Source of the DNA: Octopus vulgaris
Taxonomy: Eukaryota
Direction of reading: 5' to 3'
Length of the DNA stretch: 64,000 bases
Assembly (NCBI GenBank): GCA_951406725.2
Contig: OX597828.1
Location: forward strand, 12,896,001 to 12,960,000
The position numbers were made by a program, and so were the translations under genes. Under the pieces are notes generated by a model, which worked only from the letters and a program-made list of their open reading frames with translations, was not told the origin of the DNA and did not search any database. Shown one piece after another: positions 29,018 through 45,134 of this stretch. Every line of letters begins with the position of its first letter. Positions within the stretch are counted from its first letter, which is position 1.

Positions 29018-29319
29018 GTTTGTTCCTTCTCGAACCATGCCTGGCTCATAAGAGCCGGTTTCCCGGTTTCCTTGGCGTATAGGTTCCCCACCTGGACGGG
29101 ACACCGGTCCGTCGCAGATGAGCTGCAAGATGCAGGAGGAAAGAGTGAGAGAAAGTTGTGGCGAAAGAGTCAGCAGAAGTTCGCCATTACTTTCAGCCAG
29201 AGCCGCGTGGAGCTTAGGTGTTTTCGCTCATAAACACACACATTGCCTGATCTGAGATTCCAACCTGCGATCCCTCGACCGCGAGTCCGCTACTCTAACC
29301 ACTAGGCCATGTGCCTCCA
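29018..29319 (-). mobile_element. tRNA-derived SINE (head type C, V-like body) with 14-bp TSD
   Basis: TSD TGAGACTAAAATAT (29004-29017) / TGAGGCTAAAATAT (29320-29333). Close match to 49013-49318. Confidence 0.88.
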
Positions 29320-29577
29320 TGAGGCTAAAATATATTTGGTTGCAATTCAGTATAGATATTTGCCTATATGTCAGTCATCTTGGTTATGACTAAAGTGGAG
29401 TGCTGTCCTCAGTAATAACTTATTCATGTTGTTGGTATGCTGCATATTTGGTATGTGGATTTCTCTCCATCCTCTACTTCTTTTATATTTGAATTCAAAT
29501 TCTTTAAATTCTTCTTGTTAATAAGTGACTGGTTTCAATTGAAGACCAAAGTTAGCAAATTACCGTTGTCGTTAGAA

Positions 29578-30150
29578 CAGTTTCTCAACCTTTTTAATAT
29601 CCGGCCCAGATCCAAAACGTGGATTCTTTTTAGGGAACCACACACCCAAAAAGAAAATCACAATTGACTTGCGGTCGAGGGATCGCGGGTCGGAATCTCA
29701 GATCAGGCAATGTGTGTGTTTATGAGCGAAAACACCTAAGCTCCACGCGGCTCCGGTCGAAAGTAATGGCGAACTTCTGCTGACTCTTTCGCCACAACTT
29801 TCTCTCACTCTTTCCTCCTGCATCATGAAGCTCACCTGCGACGGACCGGTGTCCCGTCCAGGTGGGGAACCTATACGCCAAGGAAACCGGGAAAGCGGCC
29901 CTTATGAGCCAGGCATGGTTCGAGAAGGAACAAACATATTTTAGCCTCACTGTGAATTTAAACCCGTTTCGCCACAACTTTCTCTCACTCTTTCCTCCTG
30001 CATCTTGCAGCTCACCTGCGACGGACCGGTGTCAATTAAAGTCAATTAAAGAAAAAATTATTATATTTATAGAGGGAAGACTTTTGAGAGCCGCCGGAAG
30101 GATGCTTGAGAACCATATGAGGCCCTTTGAGCCACGGTTGAGAACCTCTG
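29578..30150. mobile_element. hAT-type MITE carrying a templated insertion
   Basis: Ends CAGTTTCTCAACC / GGTTGAGAACCTCTG. 8-bp TSD CGTTAGAA / TGTTAGAG. Internal 29666-30033 is copied from neighbouring DNA. Confidence 0.7.
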
Positions 30151-30494
30151 TGTTAGAGTGTCGGTTAGAAAACTTTAGGATATTCGTTTAACTCACGGCA
30201 ATCGATGTTCAATTTCCGTTGGGAGTCTTGTTATTTTTATTGAATAATAGAGTAAACCACTGTTCTTCATGTGTGTGTGTGTGTGTGTGTACAGGGCCTT
30301 AGCACTGCTATAGGCCCCTAGGGAAATCAACACACTGGGCCCTAAAGTGTTTATTCATTGACAGTTAGCCATTGAATACATGGATCAGAATTGGGTCCTT
30401 AGATCAGTGAGATCTTTAGGCAACTACCCTAATAATATATGTGCGTTTATGTGTGTGAGTGCATGCATACATATATATATAAACACACATATAC

Positions 30495-30588
<94 letters not shown>

Positions 30589-31189
30589 GCATTGCGTATA
30601 TATTTGTGTGTGTGTGTGTGTGTACACATATATAAATCAATCTTTCACTCATTTTAGCCATTGGACTGGGCAACGAAGCGACACCGCTTTCAAGAGCTTT
30701 ATTCAATCATAATGAAACTAGTGTGTAATTTTTTTATTGATCTGTATTTATTGAATGGCAAAATTTTATTCTCTCTCTCTCTCTCTCTCTCCCTCTCTCT
30801 CTCTCTCCCTCTCTCTATCTCTCCCTCTCTCTCTCTCTCTCGGCTCGACGCTACGGTGGAAGACATATGGCTGATATAGTGCACAATGAGATCGAATCTG
30901 TCAGCTTTCCCTCTTCTTCACTCGTTTCCCGTTTAAGTATTGACTCTCTTTCTCTTCCCTGCTTCTCTCTCTCCCCACCTCTCTCTCTCTCTCTCTCTCA
31001 ATCGTTACTGCACCGGACAAAACGCTTAGTAACATTTCTCCCAATATTCTGTTGCGAAATCAAATGCTGCCACAGTCGACTTTGCCGTCCTTCCAGGGTC
31101 CTTGAAACAAGAACCAGTTGAGCACTGGGGCTGATGGAATCGTCTTACTGAAATTGGTGGCCTTATGCCAGAATTGGAAATGAATTATT

Positions 31190-31254
<65 letters not shown>

Positions 31255-31401
31255 TCTCTCTCTCTCTCCCATACACACACAATCTCTCTCTCCCTCTCTC
31301 TCTCTTACTCTCTCTCTCAAACACACACTCTCTCTCTCCCTCTCTTTCCATTTCTCACCCCATTTACTCTCTCTTCGTTTCTTTATCTTCCTCATAATGT
31401 A

Positions 31402-32664
31402 TCAGGTCATCCCATAAGTTCTGTCCGATTTTACCTTTTTTAAAATTGAATGAAATTTAATAGAATTTTAAAATGTCTAATGGAATAAAAAATTATTTTT
31501 ATGCATTTGTGTACATTTAAACAAATTAAATATTATTTTACAGAATAATAGAATTATAATTTCTTTGATTAAAACCCTTTCTAACATGGAAGTATCCAAA
31601 GAGCGTTTGAGACACATAATGCTTTATGAGTACAAAAAAGGAAACTCTGCAGCCGAAACGACTCGAAACATACACTCAGTTTATGGGAAAGAATGCTTGA
31701 ATGAAAGAACTTGCAGAAGATAGTTTGCAAAATTCAGAAGTGGAGATTTCAGCCTTGAAGCTGGAGATCGAACAGGACGTCCAGTTGAGTTTGATGATAA
31801 GCTCCTTGAGGTATTACTTGAAGAATTGGCAATAAAGTTTAGTTCAAACCATACAACTGTTCATCGTCATCTTCACCAACTTGGAAAGGTTCCTAAACTT
31901 GGAATATGGGTGCCTCATGAATTGTTCGAAAGCAACTGCAAATCCCGAGTTGACATCTGCTCTTCTCTGCATTCTCGCGAACTCATTTCACCCTTTTTGG
32001 ATAGACTTGTGACTGGTGACGAAAAACGGATCTTCTATCGAAATGTTAAACGTCGTAAACAGTGTCTCAGTAAAAAGGAAAAAGCTCAACCGCAACCGAG
32101 AAGGGGACTTCATGGAAAAAAGGTTCTTTTCTCTATCTGGTGGGATTGCAAAGGAGTAATTCACTTTGAATTGTTACCACTTAATGCAACAATCAATGCT
32201 CAAGTTAACTGTCAGTAATTAGAGCGTTTGAACCAAGCTTTGTAGAAAAAAGCCCCGCTTTAGTGAATCGAAAAGGAGTGATGTTTCATCAGGACAATGC
32301 GCGACCACACACTGCAAAGATCACATCACAGAAGATCGAAGAGTTTGGTTGGGGAAAAATTCCTCATCCACCTTATTGTCCCAACTTTGCTCCTTCAGAC
32401 TACAATTTGTTTCGTAGGTTACAGAATCATTTTGGGGACATAACTTTCGCAAGCCAGGTGGAGGTCGAAACTGACATTTCAGAGTTCTTCGCTTTGAAAC
32501 CAAAAGAGTTTTACATTGATGGGATTAAAAGGCTTGTAAATAGATGGAAGGAAGTCATAGATAATCAGGGAAAGTGCATTGATGATGAAATTTCAATTAA
32601 ATATAACATTTGATTGCTTGTTTTCTTTATTCAAAATTCGGACAGAACTTATGGGATGACCTGA
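31402..32664 (+). mobile_element. Near full-length mariner (DD34D) transposon, inactivated
   Basis: Perfect 27-bp TIR TCAGGTCATCCCATAAGTTCTGTCCGA with TA TSD; 1263 bp long. Confidence 0.95.
31586..32613 (+). pseudogene. Mariner transposase pseudogene
   Basis: MEVSKERLRHIMLYEY.., WVPHEL, VTGDEK, FHQDNARPH and HPPYCPNFAPSDY motifs. In-frame stops (about 31721, 32216, 32243) and a frameshift near 32250. Confidence 0.92.
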
Positions 32665-32773
32665 TATTTTATTTTCTCTCTCACCCTTCCTTTCTCTCTC
32701 TCTCTCTCTCTAATTCCGTCATTTTTTAAATATTATATCATTAAATTACCTCTCTTTCTCTCTCTTCTTCCAG

Positions 32774-32976
32774 ATCACCTTGATGCTGACCTCCTGAAAG
32801 TGGAGAAAGGTGGACTACTGTTAGCCGGCTTATTGGTGTTAATCACGTTCCTGATGCTGTTGCTAGGAGCACTCTTGCTAGCAACCTGTCGGACGACGGT
32901 TGTGGACTCCACTCCGAACTACGTCCTATTGCAGCCGACATCCGACCAAGACAACTACAAAATGGACATTGAATGA
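32774..32976 (+). CDS. Terminal coding exon of a membrane protein (one TM helix plus cytoplasmic tail)
   Basis: Long polypyrimidine tract and CAG acceptor (32771-32773). Phase-1 frame HLDADLLKVEKGGLLLAGLLVLITFLMLLLGALLLATCRTTVVDSTPNYVLLQPTSDQDNYKMDIE*. Non-repetitive and GC-elevated; AATAAA at 33195 and 33385. Confidence 0.75.
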
Positions 32977-33017
32977 AAGAAAAAGAAAAAAACTAAACAA
33001 CCCTTTTAAATACATAC

Positions 33018-33090
<73 letters not shown>

Positions 33091-33567
33091 GTATATATGT
33101 AATCGTTGATCCAGAGTAATCTCCGAAAAGGGTGATCCAAGAAAAACGGGATCTAAATTCTGCGACGGCGTAGTGGAAAGCCTAATGTATTTAAAATAAA
33201 AAAGAGAGAGAGAGAGAGAAGACAGAAGGGGTACGACTATAAAAAAAAAAAGGCCCTGTGAAAGACAATTGTTCGGCTTTAACATCTTTTGATATTTGTG
33301 GTTGTTTTCATTATTCTGGTTTGATAAAATAATTAGTTTTGTGTAACACACGATCGGATAATCTAACTGCAATTCTTAAACATTGAATAAATCATGATAC
33401 AGCACTAAATGTATGTTATTTTTCGAGCGGAGTCAGACAATTGTTGTTGAAAATTAATTTGGGAAACCTTAGTGTGTATGTGTGTGTGTTTGTGGTTGTT
33501 GTTATCATTGTTGTTGTTGTTGTTATCATTGTTGTTGTTGTTGTTGTTGCTGTTGTTGTTGATGCTG

Positions 33568-33943
33568 TTGAGCGAACAGTCTTCGTCCCAGAGCTCGCAA
33601 GATGGGAGAAGTCTGAGGCGTGGTCCTTTGCTATTCGTAAGACCCGCATAAGAGAAAGCAGGTCAGCCCCCGACACCGAGAGCATCGACGGATGGATGAA
33701 TGCGCATCCAGGCTCAGCGGTTGCGCAGGAAGTTGCAGACAAGAAACAGGAAGAAAGAGTGAGAGAAAGTTGGAGCGAAAGAGTACAGCAGGGGTCGCCA
33801 CCACCCCCACCCCCTGCCGGAGCCTCGTGGAGCTTTAGGTGTTTTTGCTCAATAAACACACACAACGCCTGGTCTTGGAATCGAAACCGCGATCCTCCGA
33901 CCCCGAGTCCGCTGCCCTAACCATTGGGCCATTGCGCCTTCAC
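33568..33943 (-). mobile_element. SINE head type C with a distinct tail ending in (CAA)n
   Basis: Same head as 3083 and 34658 but a different 3' half. Embedded in (GTT)n. Confidence 0.8.
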
Positions 33944-34298
33944 TGCTGTTGTTGTTGTTGCTGAGCACCCTCTCCTCCACACAGCTGTAAGCATCTTGTT
34001 TTCTTCATTTTCAGATACAATGCTGTGGACTACATAATCTAATATGGCCGTTTCACTCTCTCGTGTACTTTTACATGAATGCTGGAGAGGTACATAAATC
34101 CAGTCATCTAAAGTCTAGGGTCAAGTCCCAGCTGTCGGTGATGTTTTGCATGTCATGTCATACGTAGACGTTAGATCACTGAACGTCTGCACGTAGTACC
34201 GAAACAACCTCAGCCTGGCTTGCATCAACATGCTTTCTCAGTCAAGTAACTCTCTATTCTTAAACCCCATTAAAAAAAACTCTACGGGGTAGAGTTAA

Positions 34299-34521
34299 CC
34301 CTTTTGCTACCATACCTCTATAGAAATACACTGCCTTTATTTTCAGTTAATGGTGAAAAAATAACGAAGTATTTAGTAAACTAATTGTCATCCTACAGCT
34401 GGTATTTCTAACATGATTTACTATGAAATTTTGATGGAAGCTTTATGTTTAGATACTTTTAAAACAGAACGTTGTTATCATAGAACCAAAGGCGGTTTTC
34501 TGCGAGTTGATGTCAAAAGTG
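34299..34521. mobile_element. piggyBac-like MITE (degenerate)
   Basis: TTAA-CCCTTTTGCTAC ... TCAAAAGTG-TTAA. Reverse-oriented relative of 45604-45824. Confidence 0.6.
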
Positions 34522-34657
34522 TTAAAAAAAAGACGGCCAACTTGCATTATATAGCAATAAGGCAAAGTTGAATGCTGCTCTCGCAAACACTTGGGTCTGT
34601 ATCACGCCAGATCAAGTGTTACAGTTTACCTCTATACCACGACGTATTCAAACACCT

Positions 34658-34972
34658 TTCTTTCTTTATTCGCCCTTTTCAAGCCTAGCCAGGCTCATGG
34701 GCCCGGTTTCCCGGTTTCTGTGGCGTATGTGTTCCCCCCAGCTGGACGGGATGCCAATTCATCGCAGCGTTACTCAAGAAACAGGAAGAAAGGGTGAGAG
34801 AATGTTGGGACGAAAGAGTACAACAGGGGTCGCCGCCAACCTCTACCGGAGCCTCGTGGAGCTTTAGGTGATTTCGCTCAATAAACACACACAACGCCCG
34901 GTCTGGGAATCGAAACCGCGATCCTCCGACCGCGAGTCTGCTGCCCTAACCACTGGGCCATTGAGCCTCCAC
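34658..34972 (-). mobile_element. SINE head type C with V-like tail, 12-bp TSD
   Basis: TSD ATTCAAACACCT at 34646-34657 and 34973-34984. Confidence 0.88.
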
Positions 34973-35525
34973 ATTCAAACACCTACTGAGAACCAAAGAA
35001 TTCTAACTAAATACTTACATTCTGTACCTAGTTTCAATTTTTGATCAGTTTGTTCTAGTGTAATATATTTTGCATATACAGTTATTACATTCTGATACGT
35101 TGAGAGATTGTATTTTCAATGGTCCCTGCGTGCAAACGATAAATGTTAGACGATATAAACAAAATACTGGGAAAAGATTAATATAAATTTAGTGAGCCTC
35201 AAACAAATGAAATTGTGATATTCTGATTTCACTGACAACAAATAACTTCTTTTTTTTTTTTTTTTTTTTTTTTTTTTGCATTTTAGACGTTCAAATATTC
35301 ATTCTAATATTTGCAGATATTGAATTTTTTTTTTTATAATTTCTGAGTAGAAACCATAAACGTTAGTTTGTATCAACAAAGGACTGAGAACAGATCAATT
35401 TATGTTTAGTGAACCAAATACAATTGAACTTTTTACTTTGGCTTCACTCACAGCAAATATCCAATTTTTAGCATATTAGAATCTTTTGAGTCGTACAAGT
35501 GTGTATGAGTGTGCGCGTATGTATA

Positions 35526-36065
35526 CGAGGTCTGATCAATAAGTATCCGGATTGTGGCCATAGTAACGAAGCTAAGTAACGCAGAGTGCAGCCGCGGGGC
35601 AAAAATTGGCCCTGAACTCTGCTGTGCATGCGCACTAAGTTTTGACGTTCTAGCTCACCTCCGCTATTTACGGCAGTGCTTGGAAGAAACGTGTGTAGCG
35701 TGTGATCGTCGCTTTGACCATGACAGAGAAAGTTGTCATGGCGATATCTGCTCAGAGTCCTACGCAAAGTTGCAGAAAGCGTATGGAGAGGAGTGTATGA
35801 GCCGCACACAAGTGTACGAGTGGTTCAGACGTTTCCAAAATGGCCGAAAAATATCGATATCAACCAACGTTTTGGTAGACCCACACCCAGCAGAACTGAG
35901 AAAAACATCGCAGATGTGTGTGCAGCTGAGAGGGGAAATCGTCGAATCACCATCCGTGAGTTATCCGAGGATGTGCAGATTAGATGCGGTTCAGTTCAGT
36001 CCGTTATCACTGAAGATTTCGATATGAGATGTGTATCCGCCAAGTTTGTGCCAAAAACTGCATTC
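35526..36065 (+). mobile_element. 5' part of a mariner element (transposase N-terminal HTH region)
   Basis: TA-CGAGGTCTGATCAATAAGTATCCGGA terminus. Encodes LQKAYGEECMSRTQVYEWFRRFQNGR and, after a frameshift, GRP..NRRITIRELSEDV..VSAKFVPK. Ends at a SINE. Confidence 0.85.
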
Positions 36066-36069
36066 AGCG

Positions 36070-36260
36070 GACCAAAAGGACAGACAAACGGATTAAGTCG
36101 ATTATATCGACCCCAGTGTGTGACTGGTACTTAATTTATCGACCCCGAAAGGATGAAAGGCAAAGTCAACCTCGGCGGAATTTGAACTCAGAACGTAACG
36201 GCAGACGAAATACGGCTACGCATTTCGCCCGGCGTGCTAACGATTCTGCCAGCTCGCCGT
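36070..36260 (-). mobile_element. SINE family A
   Basis: Reverse complement of the family A head and core. Confidence 0.85.
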
Positions 36261-36566
36261 CATTTTCTAGGATATTATGTGGGCTACATCATTCAATGTG
36301 TCACACACATATCCTTTCCAGTATGACAGAATGGCAGTATTAGGTGCAGGCATGGCTATGTGATTAACAAACTCACTATGCAACTGCATCGTTCCGGGTT
36401 CAGCCCTACTGTGTGATACCTTGATCAAGTGTCTTCAGCTATCACCCAGAGCCGTCCAACAGCATGTGAGCGAATTTGATAGATTGGAAACTGTATTAAA
36501 GTCTGGTATATGTGTGCAGATGAGCGTTATAGATCGCTCGAAACATAGTAGTACAAATACAGAATA

Positions 36567-36791
36567 ATAAATGAAAAGGGAAATGAAGGAAGTCGAAAAG
36601 CCTTTATATATATATTCAGGCACAAAGGCCCATCTTCAGAAAGGTATTGTTAAAGACGTATATACATAGATCCTATCATACAAATCACAAGATGTAGACA
36701 CATTTCTTTAACTGTATCCTTCTGAAGATAGGCTTTTGTGCCTGAAATATATGATGGTTTTTCCACTTTCCTTATTTCCCTTCTCGTTTAT
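36567..36791. repeat. Inverted pair of about 90-bp hammerhead-like repeats
   Basis: 36567-36656 matches the reverse complement of 36705-36791. Each arm has CTGAAGA-T-RGGC..GCCT-GAA(A)TATAT. Confidence 0.7.
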
Positions 36792-37522
36792 CACCTCACA
36801 CACACACACACACAATCCTTTCTCATTTTGGTACAAGGTTAACAATTTTGAGGGGTAGGTAGGTCGATTACACCGACTTCAGTACCCAACTGGTACGGTA
36901 CTTATTTTATCAACGCCCCAAAAGGATGAAAGATAATGGTGAGCTCGGAGGAATTTCAACAGAGCGTCAAGACGGACGAAATACCGCTAAGCATTTTTTG
37001 CCTGGCATGCTCACGATTCTGCCAGTTCGTCACCATGTGTTCTAGAATGCCTTTCCGTATTTGAGGGTATTATGAAAACATTGTCATGGTAAAAAGGAGA
37101 AACAGTTCTGATGTGACGTACACGACAGCGATTAGCACATTCACGTTCGAATCTACCAGAACGTATCACGAATAAATATGCATGTCATCGTTTCAGACCT
37201 CGCTGTTCACAGTGCTTATAGCGATTGATTATCCGCTGACAGATATCAGGACGGATCAGTGAACAGTTTGTTTACTAAAATCAAAAACAAAGCCAGCAGT
37301 TTGGTTTAAGCTCAAAGGTCCGGATGCTTTCCGACTGATGAAACATATCTATCCTAGATGTGCTCTGGAGTCCTTTGACATACACAACAACGATTAACAT
37401 ATTTGCATTAGAATCTTCCAGAACATAATATAGTGTGTTTTTGCCTAAGTTCTCCACCACCATTGACAGTGTTGACAGTGTTGGTTTGTTTATGTCCTCA
37501 TTACTTAACATTTTCAGTAAAA

Positions 37523-38096
37523 CAGGGGGTCGGGGAACCGGGGTAAACTACCCCAAGTAAGGTAAAAATGAAATTCTTGGGAGTAATGAGGACTCATTAG
37601 ACATAAGTAAAATTATATTTAAAAAAAAAACCATGTTCCTTTTTATGACAGAAATTTTCTTCTGGCATGAAGAGGCAGTCAAAAACTTGCTGCCTTTTCC
37701 AACAATCTACCTTTCTTTGCAAACGAGGATTTTTCACTCTAATGAACATAAAAAAAAAGCAGAGTAATCGACTGGACCCTGAAGACTGTATCCAAATTGC
37801 TCTGGCATCAAAATGCCTCAATTTTGATGTAATTATAACAAAAATGAAACAACATTTCTCCAAAACCTGAAGTGAAAACGTTTCTAGAAAAATCCCTTTG
37901 TTCCATAAGGATATTAATTTATTTTATCCCATTTGTTTTATACTTTTTATATTTATAATTGTATTTGCTAAAGACATAGATTCAATACACCTTTTGAATT
38001 CAAAGAATCTATGGTCTTTTTTTTTCCCTTTCAAATCAAGGGGATAACATTGGAGTAAATAAATACATTTTGAGGAAATTGGTTTAAAAAAAGATG
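37523..38096 (+). mobile_element. Internally deleted hAT (Charlie/Buster-like) element
   Basis: Left end CAGGGGGTCGGGGAACC. Perfect 8-bp TSD CAGTAAAA (37515-37522, 38097-38104). 37667-37870 encodes STFLCKRGFFTLMNIKKKQSNRLDPEDCIQIAL, like the hAT C-terminal dimerisation domain. Right TIR lost; inserted in an old SINE B. Confidence 0.82.
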
Positions 38097-38967
38097 CAGT
38101 AAAAGATGCCAACAGAATAAATAAATACTAGGCTTAAAAATAAGTAGTAGGGTTACTTCCTAACTACATGGTTCCGGGTTCAGTCCTGCTGCCTGGCACC
38201 TTGGGCATATGTCTTCTGCTATAGTCTCAGGCATGGAGTGGATTTGGTAGTGAAGAAATTGAAAAAAGCCCGTCACATATAGTCTGTGCATGTGGCTGTC
38301 CCCTATCACAACTTAGCAACCGGTGTTGGTGTGTTTACATCTTCATAACTTAGCGGTTTGGCAAAAGAAACTGATAGAATAAGTACCAGGCTTTAAAAAT
38401 AAGAGCAGGGGTTGATTCATTTGGCTATATTTCTTCAAGGCGATGCCCCAGCAAGGCCACAGTCTAATGACTGAAATAAATAAAACGCTGAACCCTTCAA
38501 TGTAGTGCTCCAGCATGACCGTAACTCAATAACTGAAACAAGTAAAAGGTATTACCAACAAATCAAGTGATTGCATAGAAGCCTCTTGGATTGTCGCATG
38601 AGTGGTGCTGGCCTTTTGGCAAGCAGCAGCAGCAGCTGGTGTTGGTGAAGATGCTGCGTAGCCCCTTCTCTGGCAGCTTACAACTGACCCTGACGACGAT
38701 GTTTGACACTAAAAGGTTCTTCAAACACAAAACAAAATGAAAAACAAACGCCAGTTTCATTTCTTTATTAATGTGATAATTTGTACAAAAACAGAAAAAA
38801 AAAATGAAAAATAAATAATAGAGGTGAAGTGGAGAACATTAATAGGAAACACATCGATAACATGCTTCTCATTTTTAAAACTAAAAAGAGTCCCATCTAA
38901 TTGTAAGCTAAAATACCAACCATGTATATAGGTTACAAATAGTAGTACTACTAGAAGTCTGTAGTTC

Positions 38968-40460
<1,493 letters not shown>

Positions 40461-40617
40461 ACAATTGGATGTAATTTTTGTCTGCATGATGTGGACGAAC
40501 AACAATCAAATTGAAAACCAGTTAGTGAAGGTTATACGATAACTAACTTAGCAACAGAATTCATCATGATTAAATCATAGAGAGAAACTATTTGAGAAGT
40601 AGAAAAGAGAGGAGGAG

Positions 40618-40673
<56 letters not shown>

Positions 40674-41135
40674 GAGTGTGTGTGTAGGGTAAGGAATGAC
40701 CGAATCAGAGAAAGTTAATTACTGTACGGTAGGTACCGCAATGTGTTAATATCGTTAAAACAAGGGACTTTGCCGAATATTGTCAAACCGGTTTCAGTCC
40801 CTTTCCCCCCCTGCTCTTCACCTTAAACAGGAAATGAATATAAGTGGTTAATGACGGTTAAATTACATGCTATTAATCAAAGTCTGGTCTGATTCATAAC
40901 GAACAACACATACACTCGATATTATGTTCCACCCAACACCTTGATAACTTCTATTACAAGCAAGAGAGAAAAAAAAAACACCTCGTGTCTAAACACCAAC
41001 CAAATCTCTGCTCATAGTTTAGTTTCGTAGCTGTTTCGTTTTTTTTTTTTAACATTTCTATTTCTTATTCTCCAGTTCTTACCACACACCCATGTCTATT
41101 AATAACATCTTAATAACATATATATAAATATGTGC

Positions 41136-41171
<36 letters not shown>

Positions 41172-41507
41172 ATATGTGAGTGTGTATATATATATGCGTA
41201 TATATATATATATATGGGTGTGTGTATATATATATATATATGTGTGTGTTTGTATATATATATATATATGTGTGTGTATATATATATATGTATATGTATA
41301 TATATATATGTGTGTGTGTATATATATATATATGTGTGTATATATATATATGTATATATATGTGTATATATATATATGTGTGTGTATATATATATGTGTG
41401 TATATATATATATTAGTACTGATTACACTTTTGAAATTTCACTCCAACTCTCTTACAAAAAAGTATATGCCAAAATTATGTTGATAAAACTCCATACATA
41501 CATACAT

Positions 41508-41542
<35 letters not shown>

Positions 41543-42300
41543 TAGATAGATAGATACATACATACATATATATAAATTGTTTTAGTGGTAGAACTCAAAG
41601 CAGATAAAGCTATGAATAATAGTATGTAGAATATGGATTAAAATACCAAATACCACTTGGATAGAAAAAAAAAGTCAATTGCAGCCTCACACACACACAT
41701 GTATACAGCTCAAAAAAGTTTTGGCTCATTGTAATATCTACAATGTCTGTCTAACTTGTTAAGGGATGTAAGGAAAGGTAGACAGAAAGAAAAGGAAAAT
41801 AGTCCTTAATAGACAGAGATGTTGATGGAACTTACCCTCAGATTTGTTACCTGTAATTCTTGGTGTTTTCTAATGGTTTCATTAGTGTGGAATTCAATTC
41901 AGCTTCTCAAGTAACACTAAAATTACACTTTTCATAACATATATATATATATATATAGAAAGATTTACAACATCTACTTACTGCAAAGGATTATGGGAGA
42001 AAAACAAACCACACAAAATACAAAGAACTAATTTTAACAAATGGTTGCATAGTGATGGCAGGCATGGAAGCGGTTGGATTCCAGGTGTAGTCAATGTTGA
42101 TTGTTGAGGGTGGGTGGGCATGGTGGTGTATTGGGCACAGACATGGCAGTGTGGTGGAGATCTTCACTCTGCGACCATGCGGCTCTGGGTTGAGTCATCG
42201 TGTATGGCACCTTGGGCAAGTGTCTCTTCGGAGGTCAGCCACAGGTCAGACCAAAGATCTGTGAGTGAAATTCGATGAGAGGAAACTGTGCAGAAACTTG

Positions 42301-42391
<91 letters not shown>

Positions 42392-42648
42392 TGAGTGAGT
42401 GAGTGAGTGTGTCAACATGTGAGAAATGTGTATGTGTAAATATATAAGTAAACGTATGAGTGTGTGCATGAGAGAGAGAAAGAGTGTGTGTGTGTGTATG
42501 CATGTGTGTCAATGTCAAGAAAGGATGACAAAAATATTAGAGAACAAAAATACCTTGTAGTATTTCAACCAAACTCAGTCACATCCCTTTATCATCCCTT
42601 TACATCCACCTCCACTGACTGCTCTTTTTGACCTCTTTTGATGTCAAT

Positions 42649-44334
<1,686 letters not shown>

Positions 44335-44694
44335 AAGCATTAAGGTTGATATAATTGACTAAAACCATGAACGCCAGTGCCCCAGCATGGCCACGGTCCA
44401 ATGACTGAATCCATTAAAAGAGCACAGAAAATACAAATAAACCCATGTCATAGCAACAAGTGCCATAACAACAACAGTAACAAAAATTATACAACAAGAG
44501 CACAGAGTAATTTCAAATGAAACGAACTGGTTGAACATTATCTTTCTGCTACATGTGCATCTGTGCAGTGTGCATGTGTAAGGCAACACTAAAATGCAAT
44601 TGCAATGGATAAATTTGTGAGGTAAACACTACCAACTTAGGTGAAGCCTAACAGTAACAGAATCATAACTATTTTGTTATTCTTTTATTTCTGT

Positions 44695-45100
44695 TACTCT
44701 TTTACTTGTTTCAGTCATTTGACTGCAGCCATGCTGGAGCACTGCCTTTAGTCGAGCAAATCGACCCCAGGACTTATTCTTTGTAAGCCTAGTACTAATT
44801 CTATCGGTCTCTCTTTTGCCAAACCGCTAAGTTACAGGGACGTAAACACACCAGCACCGGTTGTCAAGTGATGTGGGGGGGGGACAAACACACACACACA
44901 AACATATACACACACACACATACTTATATATATACATATATACGACGAGCTGCATTCAGTTTCCGTCTACCAAATTCACTCACTAGGCTTTGGTCAGCCC
45001 GAGGCTATAGTAGAAGACACTTGCCCAAGGTGCCACGCAGTGGGACAGAACCCGGAACCATGTGGTTCGTAAGCAAGCTACTTACGACACAGCCACTCCT
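44695..45100 (-). mobile_element. SINE family B
   Basis: Full-length reverse-complement match to the copy at 9264. Confidence 0.85.
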
Positions 45101-45134
45101 TTTCTCAAAGTACAACCACTTTGTCTTTAACTAA

